A DNA stretch of 64,000 nucleotides from Candidatus Poribacteria bacterium (lineage in GTDB: Bacteria > Poribacteria > WGA-4E > PCPOR2b): NCBI GenBank assembly GCA_965208325.1, contig OZ242326.1, positions 3,904,001 through 3,968,000 of the forward strand, given 5' to 3'. Below are positions 9,742 through 18,765 of this stretch, one piece after another. Below the pieces are notes generated by a model. The model ran no database searches. It saw only the letters and a list, made by a program, of their open reading frames with translations, and was not told the DNA's origin. A program made the position numbers and the translations under genes. Position 1 is the stretch's first letter. Every line of letters begins with the position of its first letter.

Positions 9742-10989
9742 ATGAATGGTGCGTTTCGTCCGCTGGATGTGGAAGCTATCCGCGGCGACTTTCCCATTCT
9801 AAAACAAGAAATCAATCCGCCGTTAATTTATCTGGATAGTGCTGCTTCTTCTCAGAAGCCGAATCGTGTTATTGACGTATTGAGTGATTATTATCGCACC
9901 TATAACGCAAATATCCATCGTGGCATCTATCGAATTTCTGAGAAAGCGACCGAACAGTACGAAGAGGCGCGGAAGAAGATTGCTCGTTTTATCAACTCAC
10001 CGCGCGCTTGCCAGATTATCTTTACACGGAACACAACGGAATCGATAAATCTTGTCGCCAATAGCTGGGGAAACGCTAACCTGCGAGCCGGGGATGAAAT
10101 TCTAATCTCTGTAATGGAACATCATAGCAACCTTGTTCCATGGCAACTGCTTGCTCAACGGACAGGAGCAAAGCTTCGGTACATTGAAGTTACCGATGAA
10201 GGGCTTTTGCATTTAGAGGAATTGGATCGGTTGTTGACCGAACGCACCAAACTTGTTGCGGTAACTCACGTGTCTAATGTTCTCGGCACGGTCAATCCTG
10301 TTCAATCAATCACTGCCGCGGCACATGCGGTTGGTGCAAAAGTCATCATTGATGCAGCGCAAAGCGCTCCGCATTTGCCAGTCGATGTGCAAGCTATCGA
10401 TTGCGATTTCTTCGCTTTCTCAGGGCATAAAATGTGCGGCCCCACCGGAATTGGTGTACTCTTTGGCAAATTGGACCTGCTAGATGAGATGCCGCCGTTT
10501 TTGGGCGGCGGTTCGATGATTCGCACCGTCCAACGTGAACACTCAACTTACGCTGATTTGCCGCAAAAATTTGAAGCGGGCACACCGAGCATTGCTCAAA
10601 CCATTGGACTTGGCGCCGCCGTAGACTATCTCAACGACGTTGGACTTGATGCAATACACCCGCACGAGCAAGAACTTCTTGAGTATGCACACCAGAAATT
10701 GAGCGAAATTGAGGGTATAACTATCTATGGCCCTAAACCACGGCATAAAGTTGGTGCGGTCACCTTTAATTTGGATCGCATCCATGCACACGATGTAGCC
10801 GGTATATTAGATCAGGACGGCGTTGCAATTCGAGCCGGCCATCACTGTACTCAACCCCTAATGCAAAAATTCGGTGTCATCGCTACGGCTCGCGCAAGTT
10901 TTTATCTCTATAATAAACTTGAGGAGGTTGATAGCCTCTATGAAGGACTTCTAAAAGCCCAAAAGATACTGATACGGAGACGAGGATGA
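9742..10989 (+). CDS. sufS: Cysteine desulfurase SufS (group II)
   Basis: YLDSAASSQKP, FSGHKMCGPTGIG (PLP Lys), RAGHHC (catalytic Cys). ATG 9742 after GGAGG. Confidence 0.97.
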   Translation: MNGAFRPLDVEAIRGDFPILKQEINPPLIYLDSAASSQKPNRVIDVLSDYYRTYNANIHRGIYRISEKATEQYEEARKKIARFINSPRACQIIFTRNTTESINLVANSWGNANLRAGDEILISVMEHHSNLVPWQLLAQRTGAKLRYIEVTDEGLLHLEELDRLLTERTKLVAVTHVSNVLGTVNPVQSITAAAHAVGAKVIIDAAQSAPHLPVDVQAIDCDFFAFSGHKMCGPTGIGVLFGKLDLLDEMPPFLGGGSMIRTVQREHSTYADLPQKFEAGTPSIAQTIGLGAAVDYLNDVGLDAIHPHEQELLEYAHQKLSEIEGITIYGPKPRHKVGAVTFNLDRIHAHDVAGILDQDGVAIRAGHHCTQPLMQKFGVIATARASFYLYNKLEEVDSLYEGLLKAQKILIRRRG

Positions 10990-11378
10990 ATATCTACGAA
11001 GAAGATATTCTGGATCACTACGAGAATCCAAGCAACTACGGAACTCTTGAGAATCCCGATATCTCTTACGAAGAAGACAACCCGTTATGCGGGGACAAGA
11101 TTCAGATGGATTTGACCGTCAAGGACGGTGTTATCGTGGATGTTGGATGGCGGGGGCATGGTTGTACGATTAGCCAAGCGGCAGCTTCGATGCTAACCGA
11201 ACGAATCAAAGGACAATGTTTGGAAGACATAAAAAAGTTGAGCAAAGACGACCAGTTGGATATGCTTGGCATTCCTTTAGGGCCCGTCCGTCTGAAATGT
11301 GGACTTTTAGCGTTGAAGGTGCTAAAAGCAGGCGCTTATGGACTGAAAGGATGGCCGGGTGAGGAGGACGAGAGGTAG
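10986..11378 (+). CDS. sufU: SufU/IscU-like sulfur-transfer protein
   Basis: ILDHY, NPLCGD, GCTISQAAAS and RLKC motifs. ATGA overlap with sufS. Confidence 0.93.
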   Translation: MNIYEEDILDHYENPSNYGTLENPDISYEEDNPLCGDKIQMDLTVKDGVIVDVGWRGHGCTISQAAASMLTERIKGQCLEDIKKLSKDDQLDMLGIPLGPVRLKCGLLALKVLKAGAYGLKGWPGEEDER

Positions 11379-11393
11379 GGAGGACATGGGTTA

Positions 11394-11705
11394 ATGAACC
11401 AGTTTTTCAAGGTGGCCGAGGTCAGTGAACTGCCGCCCGGTGGAAAGAAGTTAGTTGAAGTAGATGGACTTCCAGTTGCGATTTTCAATGTGGATGGTGA
11501 TGTTTATGCTATTGAGGACGTTTGTACCCACGATGGAGGTCCGCTCGCTGAGGGTGAGCTGAAAGGCGATGAGGTGGAATGTCCAAGGCACGGAGCGCGT
11601 TTTAGCGTTCGGACGGGAGAAGCCCTCTGTATGCCGGCCGTTGAACCGATAGAGTGTTTTAAAGTCAAAATAGAAGGAGACAATATCCTTGTGTGCGTCG
11701 ATTAA
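11394..11705 (+). CDS. Rieske-type [2Fe-2S] ferredoxin
   Basis: CTH...CPRH Rieske motif. Confidence 0.93.
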   Translation: MNQFFKVAEVSELPPGGKKLVEVDGLPVAIFNVDGDVYAIEDVCTHDGGPLAEGELKGDEVECPRHGARFSVRTGEALCMPAVEPIECFKVKIEGDNILVCVD

Positions 11706-11801
11706 AAAGACAGTGACCGGTGACTTGTTGATGGTGTCACTTGATTCACTGACCGCCTGCCACTGCTTTTTGCTCTCCACTGCCTTCGAAAGGAGATTCG
11801 G

Positions 11802-12101
11802 ATGGTCACAGAAGAAACGGTTTTTGACACCTTAAAGGAAATCATTGACCCGGAGATTGGCATTAACATAGTGGATATGGGCTTGATATACGGTGTTGAC
11901 ATTCAAGAAAATACCGCTAATATCACCATGACCTTAACGAGTCCCGGTTGTCCCGCCGGTGGTCAAATTATCAATGGGGCGCAGCATCTTGTTGAGCAGC
12001 TGGATGGGATTGACGATACCAACATCAACGTCGTTTGGACGCCTCGCTGGACACCTGAGATGATGAGCGAAGAAGCGAAGGATGAGCTAGGGATTTTTTA
12101 G
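11802..12101 (+). CDS. sufT: SufT / MIP18 (DUF59) Fe-S maturation protein
   Basis: DPEIGINIVDMGL, MTLTSPGCP and W.P.W motifs. Confidence 0.9.
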   Translation: MVTEETVFDTLKEIIDPEIGINIVDMGLIYGVDIQENTANITMTLTSPGCPAGGQIINGAQHLVEQLDGIDDTNINVVWTPRWTPEMMSEEAKDELGIF

Positions 12102-12172
12102 GACGATGCAAACAATCAGGGAGGATCGACTTAGCGGATAGCGAAGCGGTAGTCTTAAAGGGTTAAACCGTA

Positions 12173-12559
12173 ATGTGTAATTCCCGTTCATCTGCCGAAC
12201 TAAAGCAACCCAAAACGCTTAGAAAACTCAGTGATACAACTTTCCTGATTGTATGGAAAGATGGACACGAAAGCAAATATCCCATCCTTTATCTCAGGCG
12301 TTTATGCCCTTGTGCAGGTTGCGCAATGGAACGGCATGGTGGGCAGGACGTTCACTCCATTTTTGGTCCAAGCGGATTCGGCGATACCTCTCGACTAGTC
12401 GTACCACATGATATTCGTGCAGTCGACATTCAGCTTGTTGGTCGGTACGCAATCCAATTCACGTGGAGCGACGGTCATTCGACCGGCATTTATTCCTTTG
12501 AGACCCTGCGAGAAATATGTCCGTGTGCAAAATGTGCTGCATTATGGAATACCGAATAA
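12173..12559 (+). CDS. DUF971 / GBBH-N-like metal-binding protein
   Basis: W.DGHES...LRRLCPCAGC and VGRYAIQFTWSDGHSTGIYSF. Confidence 0.88.
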   Translation: MCNSRSSAELKQPKTLRKLSDTTFLIVWKDGHESKYPILYLRRLCPCAGCAMERHGGQDVHSIFGPSGFGDTSRLVVPHDIRAVDIQLVGRYAIQFTWSDGHSTGIYSFETLREICPCAKCAALWNTE

Positions 12560-12605
12560 AGTCTCCCGATAATCGACCAAAATTCAGGCTGGCTATAGGA
12601 TAGGA

Positions 12606-14231
12606 ATGAAGGGTGGAGATATTCTCATCGAATGTCTGAAAGCGCAGGGAGTACGCTGCATTTTCGGCATGCCAGGCACCCAAAACATAAAGATTTATGA
12701 TTCCCTTCTGCGTCGTGGTACAGGCATTGAACACTTTCTCGTACGCCACGAATATTCTGCAACCCATATGGCGGATGGTTTTGCCCGCTCCACCGGCGAA
12801 ATTGGAGTTGCTTTGACAGTACCCGGTCCAGGCGCGAGCAACGCCTCGACCGGCATTTTGGAAGCATTTACCGATTGCGTTCCTGTGCTGCTAATCACCG
12901 GCCAAAGCGATTCGAAATTTTACACTAAACATCCAAGCAAGATGTTCCACGGCTTGGATCAGATGCAATTCTTCAAACCTATAACGAAGTATTGTGCAAT
13001 CCCCAAGACGGTCGAAGAGGTTCCCGTTGTCGTCGAAAATGCTTTCCGGGCAATGCGGTCCGGTCGTCCTGGTCCCGCTGTGCTAGAATTTCCCATGGAC
13101 ATCATCACCGGAGCAGGGAATGTGACTGTCCCACCGAGAGTCTATCCAACCCCGGTTCCCCCGCCAGACGACGCCGACATAAAATTCGCAGCTAAAACAC
13201 TCAATCGCGCAAAGATGCCCATTTTATTTGTTGGGGCCGCTCTTATTCACGCCGATGCGCGCGAGGAATTGCGGCAGCTCGCTGAGAAACTCAATGCGCC
13301 TGTAATCGTCACGCGATGTGCAAAAGGTGCACTGCGCGAAGATCACCCGCTGGCACTAAGGAATAGTAACGGTTATCTCGCGCGTCAAGGCATGCAAATC
13401 GCAGATTGTACCCTCGCAATTGGACCGCGCTTTACCTCGATTGATACAAGGGACTGGAGTTTCGAACCGTCGCGTCCGCTAATTCAGATTGATGCGGATG
13501 ATACGGAAATAGGGCGAGAGTATCCTTGCGACGTTAACGTCGTCGGAGATCTCAAACTAACATTGCAATCGTTGATCGAAGAAGTTGAGGTTGGCAGCGG
13601 ACATTGGAATAAGCCGTTGCATCGGCTTAGAGAAAAATTTACGGCTCAACCGCCAATGCCCCTGCTGCCGGAAATCCGCGGCGTACTTCCAAACGATGCA
13701 ATCCTTTCAGTTGATGTCCATTCGATTGGATACGCTTCATTTGCGGAGTATCCCATCTACCAGCCCCATAAATTCCTATATCCCTGTATCGGCATCGCTT
13801 TGGGTTACGCTTTTCCTGCGGCGATTGGGGCTAAAATCGCGCATCCGGATAAATCGGTCGTGTGCTTTAGTGGAGATGGCGGATTCATGATGGGCGCTGG
13901 TGAGTTGGCAACAGCAATGATGTACGGAATCAACGTTGTAACGATTGTTGTGAACGATAATGCCTTGACGGCAATTAAGGGTTCGCAGCGGCAGAGCTGC
14001 AACGGACGAACAATTGATACAGACTTGTTGAATCCTGATTTTGTCGAGTTTGCTAGGTCATTCGGCGCATATGCCGTTAGGGTGAATAATCCAGCTGATT
14101 TCAAAAGTGTTCTACAAGACGTGCTCGCAATGAATACGCCTGCCTTAATCGAAGTTCCTATGGAAGATAAGCAAGAAGAACTCATCAACACAATTGGTTG
14201 GATGCAGCCGCAACCGTTGTTGAGGGAATAG
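12606..14231 (+). CDS. Thiamine diphosphate-dependent enzyme (acetolactate synthase-like superfamily)
   Basis: FGMPG, RHE, PGPG and GDGGF...NDN ThDP-binding motif. Substrate unknown. Confidence 0.92.
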   Translation: MKGGDILIECLKAQGVRCIFGMPGTQNIKIYDSLLRRGTGIEHFLVRHEYSATHMADGFARSTGEIGVALTVPGPGASNASTGILEAFTDCVPVLLITGQSDSKFYTKHPSKMFHGLDQMQFFKPITKYCAIPKTVEEVPVVVENAFRAMRSGRPGPAVLEFPMDIITGAGNVTVPPRVYPTPVPPPDDADIKFAAKTLNRAKMPILFVGAALIHADAREELRQLAEKLNAPVIVTRCAKGALREDHPLALRNSNGYLARQGMQIADCTLAIGPRFTSIDTRDWSFEPSRPLIQIDADDTEIGREYPCDVNVVGDLKLTLQSLIEEVEVGSGHWNKPLHRLREKFTAQPPMPLLPEIRGVLPNDAILSVDVHSIGYASFAEYPIYQPHKFLYPCIGIALGYAFPAAIGAKIAHPDKSVVCFSGDGGFMMGAGELATAMMYGINVVTIVVNDNALTAIKGSQRQSCNGRTIDTDLLNPDFVEFARSFGAYAVRVNNPADFKSVLQDVLAMNTPALIEVPMEDKQEELINTIGWMQPQPLLRE

Positions 14232-14270
14232 ACGAATCAGGAATGGTAATACTTCGAAGAACCGAAATCA

Positions 14271-14957
14271 ATGTCAAAAATTCGCGCCGTGCTGTTTGAT
14301 TTTGGAGGCACACTTGACGGAAATGGAATTCACTGGCGTGAGCGAACCTATCGATTCATCCGTTGTGGCCATCCCGAAATCAATCGAAAGGAATTTGATC
14401 GCGCCGACCACGCCGCGGTTGAACAATTCATCGCCGACGGGAAAGCGCCAACGCTGAATCTCCGCGAATCTGCAGATGCGATTGCCACAGGAATTTATGA
14501 ACGGCTCGGATTAAATCTGGCGGAGAAAAATCGATATATCGACCATTTCTGTCGCGGTGTAGCGGAGAGCCTCAATCTAAACCGGCGATGGCTCACAACG
14601 CTTGGAAGCAGATATCAACTCGGCGTTATCAGCAACAACTTTGGAAATGCGCATGGTTGGTGTAATGAATTTGGACTTTCCCCACTGCTTGATGTCGTAA
14701 TAGATTCAACAGTTGTTGGAGTTTGGAAACCGGAACCAGAAATTTTCCGCGCCGCATTGTTTGCGCTGGGGATTTCGCCCCACGAGACAATCTATGTTGG
14801 AGATTCGTATTCGCATGATGTCTGTGGCGCTAAGGGAGTAGGGATGTGGACAGCGTGGTTAGTTGGTGGGGAAGAGAAGGTATGTCCTGACCCTTCAATT
14901 GTCGATGTGCAACTGGCTAATATTCAAGACCTGGAAAGGTTTCTCTCGCAACGATGA
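14271..14957 (+). CDS. HAD-superfamily hydrolase (IA)
   Basis: FDFGGTL, ISN, KP and VGDS...D motifs. Confidence 0.9.
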   Translation: MSKIRAVLFDFGGTLDGNGIHWRERTYRFIRCGHPEINRKEFDRADHAAVEQFIADGKAPTLNLRESADAIATGIYERLGLNLAEKNRYIDHFCRGVAESLNLNRRWLTTLGSRYQLGVISNNFGNAHGWCNEFGLSPLLDVVIDSTVVGVWKPEPEIFRAALFALGISPHETIYVGDSYSHDVCGAKGVGMWTAWLVGGEEKVCPDPSIVDVQLANIQDLERFLSQR

Positions 14958-15258
14958 AATCTGGCGTATGGAATGCTTTGAGAGTTAGATGAAGTATTTC
15001 CTTCTGTGTTTTGGACGGGGTTAGAATTCTAACGTCACATGGTTGCCGATTTAGCGGTCACAATGTCCAACCACCTATGTGCCCACCCGCGATATGCTTG
15101 CTATTTTTTTTAAACGTCGATAGAGTTTGATTTAGCGGAGGCAGGCCTTTACCAGATCTTTTACACCTGCCTTCGCTGTCCCCGGCCATTATCTCTTATG
15201 CCTAAACTTCAGCAGCAATATTAGCAAACCTCACCAAATGAATAGGCAAAGCTTTCTT

Positions 15259-16335
15259 CTATTCCCCCGGTATTGGGAACCACAACCCGCCTGTCTGGTT
15301 TACCAAGTATTTTTGCCATTTATCATTGACGCCAATGACGTCCATCGTAATCTGCGCCGCACGGCAGCGACTCAATACATCAGAGATTGTGTAAGATCCT
15401 TTACACGGTTCATCTGTAATAAGAATGAATCGTCGTTCAGCTTCCTTACGGAATTTTACGCTTGAAATTGATTTGACAATGGCATTGTAAGCTCGCTCAT
15501 CGCCGCCGCATTTGACATTCTCGAGTAAGCGTTCATACTTCCGATAATCCCGTGTCTGGGGAAATATCAGGGAATCATATTTAAATTTGACGATTCCCAT
15601 TGTGAAATCAATGTGTTTTTCCCGAAAAATCTTAACCATGCTGACAAGATGATTTCCCACGGCTCGGATGTTCTCTTCCATGCTGCCGCTCGAATCCAAC
15701 AAAAACACAATATCCGAAATTGAAGAACTTGTGCCGCTTGCAATATTTCTAGCAATCGTCTGCAGCGCACTTCCAATTTGAGCGTCGCGGTTAATGTGTT
15801 TTATGGGATGGTGCTCACCATCCGTTGCCGATTGAGCGTCTCTGTTTTGAGTCAAACTGTTCTCATTCTCCAAGGTGTGTGACGTTGGCTGTCGTGCCAA
15901 GACATTGGCAGGGTTGACAATCAGTTCTCGTAAATATGATTCCTCTTGCGGTTGATTCGTGAGAATAGTATCTGAATTTGGCAATGCCACTTTCGTACTA
16001 ATTGGTAGTGCCGCTGCCAGATATGCTTGTTCTGCCCTATTAGTCTGTTCTCTTCTAACCCGTGAATTCGATTGAGGCATAGAGGGAACCCGCATTGCTA
16101 AGTTTGGGGTGTTTGTGTTCGTAGTTGAGATGCGGCTTGTCAGGCGTGGCGCATAAGAAGGCTGAAGGATTTCAACCACAGTTGGCTCAGCAACAATAGG
16201 TTCCGGAATCGTAGGCGCGGATGGATACCATTTCGGCAAATTTAAGTTCATCATCAACGTAACAATGATGTGCAAAAATATAGATATTACGAATGAGTTA
16301 TGCACTCGTTGTTTGGCTGGCGCTCGGTTATACAT
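15259..16335 (-). CDS. Membrane-anchored von Willebrand factor A domain protein
   Basis: N-terminal TM (SIFLHII), low-complexity linker, MIDAS DSSGSM and ITDE. Confidence 0.88.
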   Translation of the reverse strand: MYNRAPAKQRVHNSFVISIFLHIIVTLMMNLNLPKWYPSAPTIPEPIVAEPTVVEILQPSYAPRLTSRISTTNTNTPNLAMRVPSMPQSNSRVRREQTNRAEQAYLAAALPISTKVALPNSDTILTNQPQEESYLRELIVNPANVLARQPTSHTLENENSLTQNRDAQSATDGEHHPIKHINRDAQIGSALQTIARNIASGTSSSISDIVFLLDSSGSMEENIRAVGNHLVSMVKIFREKHIDFTMGIVKFKYDSLIFPQTRDYRKYERLLENVKCGGDERAYNAIVKSISSVKFRKEAERRFILITDEPCKGSYTISDVLSRCRAAQITMDVIGVNDKWQKYLVNQTGGLWFPIPGE

Positions 16336-16783
16336 TCCTGATTCCGTGGACGTAAAAATGATGCATGAAAGATAACGCCAAAAAGAGATAATGGGTTCGG
16401 CATTAACTGACCAATTTCTGTCTGATATCCGATTTACCTTTTCATATCATAGGGTGTATAGAAACCTTTAAAGTTTCGGTTTCAAGGGAAAAACGCAAAT
16501 TATTCGCGGAAGGTCTATCCATCTTAAAATTCCGGCTTCGTTACAATGGGAATTTATCATAAATATTCCTGTATGTCAAAGGTGTTTTTCACACGCTGGC
16601 ATTGCTCGGAAAAGATAATTCTCCTGCTGATATAGTCCGTTGAAATCGAATCATTTAAAGAACCAACGGCTAGTATTTTGATTGCGGTTTAAGATACACT
16701 TGCGAGTAAAGATACAAGTGTGTTACAATAACACCAATCAAAGGTAGGTTGAGAAGGTTCGGTTTTTATAAGAGGATTCGCTT

Positions 16784-17290
16784 ATGAAAACACCGGTACT
16801 CGTGTTAAACGCAAGCTACGAGGCGATTAATATTTGTAACTTAAAACGTGCGATGAAGATGATTATCAAAGGGGTAGCGTGTATGGAAGAAGTCTCAGAT
16901 CAGGTTATCCGATCGCCAAGCACCGCAATGAAAATTCCTTTGGTGATTCGTCTCGTGAATTACGTCCATATCCCTCGCTGTGTTGTAAAATTCTCACGAA
17001 GAAACGTATTTGTCCGGGATGCATACGTTTGCCAGTATTGCCATGAGAAATTTCCTCATTCAATGTTAACGCTTGACCATGTTGTCCCAAGATCGCGCGG
17101 AGGTGCAACGGTATGGGAAAACGTCGCGACAGCGTGTAAAAAGTGCAACATCAAAAAAGGTAATTGCACACCTCGTGAAGCTCGTATGTTTCCCAAGCGC
17201 TCCCCTAAAGTTCCCTCAATTATCTCTTATTTGCATCTTAGCCGCCATTTGCGTTATGACGAGTCCTGGAACAAGTATCTGTATATTTAA
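16784..17290 (+). CDS. HNH endonuclease (McrA-like)
   Basis: VLVLNASYE, RD.Y.CQYC, LTLDHVVPRSRGG...WENV.TAC..CN. AGGA RBS and upstream TTGCGA-18-TACAAT. Confidence 0.93.
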   Translation: MKTPVLVLNASYEAINICNLKRAMKMIIKGVACMEEVSDQVIRSPSTAMKIPLVIRLVNYVHIPRCVVKFSRRNVFVRDAYVCQYCHEKFPHSMLTLDHVVPRSRGGATVWENVATACKKCNIKKGNCTPREARMFPKRSPKVPSIISYLHLSRHLRYDESWNKYLYI

Positions 17291-17294
17291 ATTA

Positions 17295-17966
17295 ATGCGC
17301 TTTTCTATCATCAGAACGCACTTTTTTATTTTGAGTTTCCCTCTTATATGGTTCGCTTGTGCAATTCAAGCGCCCGAAGATTATTATTATCAATTCTCCT
17401 TGATGGAAGAGTGGGGGAAATATAATCGACGAGAAACCGGACGCTCGCCTGGTGAATCCGTTATCCATCCAGAAAATGCGCAACCGCTGGTTGTTGCATT
17501 TGAAGTTGGTAATCCCGCTTCGGGATGGCTAGGTTTTGTACCTTATAAGGTAGTGGGGGACCAGCCTACTAGCAAACCCTCTTCTGAAACTACCAAGCCC
17601 AAAGTGCCCATATCGCTCCAGCAAGAAGTGCTGCGTCGGATGTTTCAAGAGCAGAAAATCCAAACAGTTCACTGGCGTCTAAACGATGGTCGTCTTGATG
17701 GCGGGCACAATATATTTCAAATTCACTTTATTCCACAGGCTTTGTCGGATATAGCAATAAAAAAAGAATTCCTGATGATATGCGCTATTGTGCACGGAAC
17801 TCAAACGCAAGAGGATACAGTTGATGTCATAAAGGGTATTGTTGAAGGTGAAGACGGCACACCGAAAATGATCGTGGAAACTCAAGTTACAGATTATGTT
17901 GACTACCTTCGTGGACAAATCGACAATGCGGAGTGGGAGACTCAAGTAACACTCAAAAAATTTTGA
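17295..17966 (+). CDS. Putative lipoprotein of unknown function
   Basis: ATG 17295 lies 4 nt after the HNH stop. Signal-like N-terminus ending WFA-C. Stop is 1 nt before rnpA. Confidence 0.7.
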   Translation: MRFSIIRTHFFILSFPLIWFACAIQAPEDYYYQFSLMEEWGKYNRRETGRSPGESVIHPENAQPLVVAFEVGNPASGWLGFVPYKVVGDQPTSKPSSETTKPKVPISLQQEVLRRMFQEQKIQTVHWRLNDGRLDGGHNIFQIHFIPQALSDIAIKKEFLMICAIVHGTQTQEDTVDVIKGIVEGEDGTPKMIVETQVTDYVDYLRGQIDNAEWETQVTLKKF

Positions 17967-17967
17967 C

Positions 17968-18315
17968 ATGGAGATAAAAGCTCATCCAGAGCGATTGACA
18001 CGAAGATGGGAATTTCAGCGAGGGTATAAGAAGGGGAAGAAATATTGGAATCGGAATTTTGTTGTATATGTGTCTCGGAATTCTTTAAGTGTGGTACGTC
18101 TCGGCATTACCACCAGTAAAAAGTTAGGGAACAGTGTCAAACGGAATCGAGTCAAAAGGTTAATCAGAGAATCTTTCAGATTATCTAAACACCGAATTTG
18201 TCCAAATTACGACCTTATCGTTGTTGGACGAACGGCCGCGCTTGATATGAAATGCCAGCAAGCCAAATCTTCATTCTTACAGCTTTTGCGTCAAGCCAAG
18301 ATTCTCAAAACATGA
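17968..18315 (+). CDS. rnpA: Ribonuclease P protein component
   Basis: RL...EFQ, RLGITTSKKLGNSVKRNRVKRLIRE (RNR motif). Confidence 0.96.
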   Translation: MEIKAHPERLTRRWEFQRGYKKGKKYWNRNFVVYVSRNSLSVVRLGITTSKKLGNSVKRNRVKRLIRESFRLSKHRICPNYDLIVVGRTAALDMKCQQAKSSFLQLLRQAKILKT

Positions 18316-18327
18316 CTGTTTTTGTCT

Positions 18328-18537
18328 ATGAGAATAATTCTGATTTATCTGATACGCCTCTATCGTAAATTTATTTCCCCGCTCTTTCCGCCAACTTGCC
18401 GTTTCTACCCTACGTGCTCCCAATACTCTTTAGAAGCAATAATGAAGCATAATCTTTTGAAAGCGTGTTGGCTAACTTTCAAACGATTATCGAAGTGCCA
18501 ACCTTTTCACCCCGGTGGCTATGATCCGCTCAAATAA
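18328..18537 (+). CDS. yidD: Membrane protein insertion efficiency factor
   Basis: [16 protein letters not shown]...[11 protein letters not shown]. Confidence 0.96.
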   Translation: MRIILIYLIRLYRKFISPLFPPTCRFYPTCSQYSLEAIMKHNLLKACWLTFKRLSKCQPFHPGGYDPLK

Positions 18538-18765
18538 AATTCCAAAAGAATTATGTGGCTGAATAGGGTCAAGCATAAAGTACCGGAAATCTGTAGTAGC
18601 GTTAACCGGAGCTCGTAATTCCTAATCTCCATATTCAATCTGTCGCTCTGCCGGCATAATGCGTTGCTGCCTAGAGTCTATAAAAGCGTGTGCATTGCTT
18701 ACGGCGTGTAAATGAAAACACAACTCTTTAGAATCATAATTGTTCATCTATGAGGAGATTTTTGA

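Noticed and set aside
9311..9815. Short ORFs in the glutaredoxin-sufS gap
   Set aside because: Mutually overlapping, no recognisable domain, and they run through the repeat array.
16336..16783. Possible oriC next to the rnpA cluster
   Set aside because: No TTATCCACA-type DnaA box cluster was seen and there is no dnaA. The region is accounted for by divergent promoters.
17073..17294. N-terminal extension of ORF 17073-17966
   Set aside because: Overlaps the HNH gene in another frame. ATG 17295 gives a proper signal peptide.
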